In this document: one piece after another, positions 61,423 through 64,000 of the stretch
How the letters are laid out: each line of letters opens with the position of its first letter
How positions within the stretch are numbered: position 1 is the first letter of the stretch
Sequence record: LR745208.1
Length of the DNA: 64,000 nucleotides
Strand: one strand, 5' to 3'
Translations under genes and position numbers: made by a program
The notes under the pieces: generated by a model
Databases searched by the model: none
What the model was told of the DNA's origin: nothing
What the model saw: the letters and a program-made list of their open reading frames with translations, nothing else

Positions 61423-62271
61423 CTATTTTGGGTCACTATGGGCTTTCCCCGTTCCCCGTAAGTGTACGTTTTTCCTAATCATTAGACTTTCCATTGCATC
61501 CCGCAGTACCCCCGCCCTGGGTCGATTGTCGGCATACTCACATATTCTGCTGCATAGGTCAAAAAACTCATGGTCCGTCATTGTTCCCTTTGCATAATTC
61601 GCATCCTTATGGACCCACCTAATATTGGTAACCTCCTTAAGACCTCCCCGACTCTTAGGAAGTACGTGATCTACAGCAGCTCCATGCCCCAATACCAAAT
61701 CCACACCTGTGAGGGCACATTTCCCATTCTGAGCTTCCCACAGAGTATCAAGTATGACCCAGTCAAAAACCCCATTAAGATGTGTCCTGGCCATGTCCTG
61801 AAGGACATGCTTACGACATAGGCCCCATGCAACTGATATCTCCCCGCAATGTAGGCACTGACCAGACTCCCGGCGTTTAGCATACAATGCCTTTTGAGAT
61901 GTCCTTCCCTTATCCCTACATTCCTTACAGAACTTCCAGGAACCACCACCATCAACCTTTTTGCCACATGAAAAGCACATCCTTTCAGCACTTCTCTTCA
62001 GGCGACGATCTTTGCCCCTGGAGCTCTGTTTCTCTGTACAGGAAACGCAGAGTGAGGGTATGGGGGCTCCATTTTCTGATAGCTTGGCTCCACACTTAGT
62101 GCACACCCCATCGGCCCTACATGCCTCGTATCGAAGAACATTTCTCTGTGCGGTACACTTTAAGCAATAGGGGTTACGACCGTTTTTTCTGGCCTTATCT
62201 ACACTGAAGTCAACAAGGGGACCTTCATGGCCACACTGCCCACATCTTTTGGTTCCCAGAGGTACACTCAT
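61423..62271 (-). CDS. HNH endonuclease with multiple CxxC motifs
   Basis: CALTG...AVDHVLPKSRGG...NIRWVH..AN.AK. Confidence 0.85.
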   Translation of the reverse strand: MSVPLGTKRCGQCGHEGPLVDFSVDKARKNGRNPYCLKCTAQRNVLRYEACRADGVCTKCGAKLSENGAPIPSLCVSCTEKQSSRGKDRRLKRSAERMCFSCGKKVDGGGSWKFCKECRDKGRTSQKALYAKRRESGQCLHCGEISVAWGLCRKHVLQDMARTHLNGVFDWVILDTLWEAQNGKCALTGVDLVLGHGAAVDHVLPKSRGGLKEVTNIRWVHKDANYAKGTMTDHEFFDLCSRICEYADNRPRAGVLRDAMESLMIRKNVHLRGTGKAHSDPK

Positions 62272-63482
62272 CGAATAACCTTAGGGTTGTTACCCAGCAT
62301 CTCATCTACCCAAAGAGGTGTAACATGGCACTTACCCCTCTTAGCATCTAGCACGTAGAAGGTTTGCTGTGGGGGTTCGAACTTGGCCGAGATCCATCTG
62401 GCGAAAGGATTGTATCCAATCAACGACCCATTGACCATCACCCGACCAAGATCAGTCTGACAATGGAAATGGCCAATGTGGTGCAGATGTGCGTATCGTA
62501 CATCATCCCATGCTGGAATTTTCTTCAACAGGGGGATAGAAATGCCCCCCACATTTCCACCATAGGAGATCTGGTCCCCATGTGTGAAGTGCAGTGTGAA
62601 GTCGTATGCCTCCACAAACTGGTCCATAGACTTGGATGTGTCGAATGTAACCCTTGGGTCCTTGGCAAAATGCCGCTCCAAAATCTTCCCCATCATGTAC
62701 TCAAGGCTGTTCTCAGGTCCCGTGGTAATCATCTGCCTCTTCGTGAGGCGAGAATGATTACCACGGCTCACCGGGATGCTGATAGATCGGAGGTCCAACT
62801 TGTCCAGCAAAGTCTGGATGCCACCCGTTAGGTGAGGAAGCAGCCACACTACAGTCTCTACAGGAGACAATTCGTTGTTGGCTAAATTTTCTTCGTGGAT
62901 ATACCCGGTCAACAGGTCTCCCAATATAGCCAGAACAACATCCCGAATCACAACCTTTTTGGATGCACGATGGTGAGTTACCAGATCGATAATCCCAGTA
63001 AAAAACCTATGAATCCTTTTTTCCGCAATCTCTAGGTTGTAGCTATTGCGATAGGACACTTTTACAGCCTCCACCACCTCTTCGACATGCCAGTCACTCG
63101 CGAGCACTACGGCAGTTTGCTCTCTGAGCCCGGATGTCTTCTCCATCCTAATGATCTTTGGGGTGATGGGGCGCCCGATCTTTTCCAAAAAGGCCGTCTT
63201 TTCCCTCTCCGCCCTCAACATTTCAACAAGAGTCTCACACTCCTTCTTGAGTCGTCGGGAGTCACGCTTCTCAACATGAGTCACCACTGGATCTATTGGG
63301 GTGCCCCCTTCAATCTTGGGCCTAACCCTCTCCCCCACACCCACTTCCCCTGGATACTTGGCTCGGGGTGGAGGCTTAGGACCTTTACCTGCCCGCCACT
63401 TCTCAAGGGCTTCTCGGCGTTCCCTGCGTTCTGTTGATTCCCGATGTACCTTACGTGTCAAATCGCGTGTTGGGTCGCTCAA
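62268..63482 (-). CDS. calcineurin-like metallophosphoesterase of large-phage type
   Basis: SDWH, GDL, GNH, THGD and GHFH motifs. Confidence 0.8.
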   Translation of the reverse strand: MSDPTRDLTRKVHRESTERRERREALEKWRAGKGPKPPPRAKYPGEVGVGERVRPKIEGGTPIDPVVTHVEKRDSRRLKKECETLVEMLRAEREKTAFLEKIGRPITPKIIRMEKTSGLREQTAVVLASDWHVEEVVEAVKVSYRNSYNLEIAEKRIHRFFTGIIDLVTHHRASKKVVIRDVVLAILGDLLTGYIHEENLANNELSPVETVVWLLPHLTGGIQTLLDKLDLRSISIPVSRGNHSRLTKRQMITTGPENSLEYMMGKILERHFAKDPRVTFDTSKSMDQFVEAYDFTLHFTHGDQISYGGNVGGISIPLLKKIPAWDDVRYAHLHHIGHFHCQTDLGRVMVNGSLIGYNPFARWISAKFEPPQQTFYVLDAKRGKCHVTPLWVDEMLGNNPKVIR

Positions 63483-63531
63483 GAAAAGCTCCTAGGTTGT
63501 CAGGGGAAGATGTGTTCTACACACCTTATCC

Positions 63532-63560
63532 ACCGTACCAAGGGGTCTACAGAGTGACAG
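63532..63560 (-). promoter_or_regulatory. possible sigma70-like promoter
   Basis: CTGTCA-N17-TACGGT, with the same -10 hexamer as at 42005-42010. Confidence 0.35.
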
Positions 63561-63678
63561 GCAACGTCCTGATGAATTCTGGGGTCCATTGATCTTGGTG
63601 GTGTGGCACGTATTGTAGCACGGTGCCTATTACCTATTACACCTTAGAGCGTAGAAACCGTGTTGCAATCCGTGCAAC

Positions 63679-63999
63679 CTACAGAATGTCAATTCCAATG
63701 AGTCCGCGACATGATGTGGTCACGCCGTCTTCCCCACCTTGCTCGAAGTTGAGGCCCTTACTGGTTGCGTTATCCTTGAGGATGACCTTCACCAAGAGAG
63801 GGCACATACCAGCCCCATTATCAAACAGGCCAAAGCCAAGGTTGAGAATCACATCACAGTAGACGGTCTGAGAACTCAACTCTGTACCGTCCGTATGCGC
63901 CTCATGGCATCCAGCCCCATCGAAGGCAGCATCCTGCTTTCCAGCGGGACCTGCCCCGTTCTCCTCTCCAACATCCATCCAGGTTGTAAGGCCCGGTAC
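63679..63999 (-). CDS. 5'-truncated hypothetical, possibly structural protein
   Basis: Frame is open from the window edge to TAG at 63679-63681. Confidence 0.55.
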   Translation of the reverse strand, partial: VPGLTTWMDVGEENGAGPAGKQDAAFDGAGCHEAHTDGTELSSQTVYCDVILNLGFGLFDNGAGMCPLLVKVILKDNATSKGLNFEQGGEDGVTTSCRGLIGIDIL

Positions 64000-64000
64000 C

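Noticed and set aside
1-64000. Genome-wide stop-codon reassignment (TAG or TGA)
   Set aside because: Long genes, including the 3642-aa ORF, are intact in code 11. TAG, TGA and TAA all end genes at tightly coupled junctions, and no suppressor tRNA is seen in the window.
1-64000. CRISPR array, IS/transposase, integrase, reverse transcriptase/DGR or rRNA
   Set aside because: I found no repeat-spacer series and no recognisable motifs. The 32-bp repeat at 5713 has no spacer.

Overview
This window looks like 64 kb of a large lytic phage genome, probably a jumbo phage, in the standard genetic code. A Cys-rich lipoprotein suggests a Myxococcota-like host, but that is inference. The window is densely packed with short, translationally coupled ORFs. 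It holds ten tRNA genes in three clusters (Pro+Ala; Tyr+Cys+His; all five Leu isoacceptors) and five HNH-type endonucleases. Other recognisable genes include DNA/SAM methyltransferases, an RNA-ligase-like nucleotidyltransferase, Nudix, macro, MazG-like and metallophosphoesterase enzymes, two tandem DUF262 proteins, a nicotinamidase + vWA + PP2C + kinase (TerY-P triad-like) operon, an endolysin, an SNF2 helicase, a 3642-aa structural protein, a CoaB/aldolase fusion and an HslV-like peptidase. The most striking unexplained structure is that each tRNA cluster is preceded by a tiny ORF rich in the codons that the downstream tRNAs decode: an Ala/Pro-rich 31-mer before tRNA-Pro/Ala, MNQHLHHHCY before tRNA-Tyr/Cys/His, and a 29-mer using a codon for each of the five Leu anticodons before the five Leu tRNAs. 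In two of these, an RNA hairpin overlaps the ORF end and finishes at or next to the first tRNA 5' end. This suggests a ribosome-sensing, attenuator-like circuit that supplies replacement tRNAs when the cognate host tRNAs are depleted. All family assignments come from motif recognition by eye; no database search was run.
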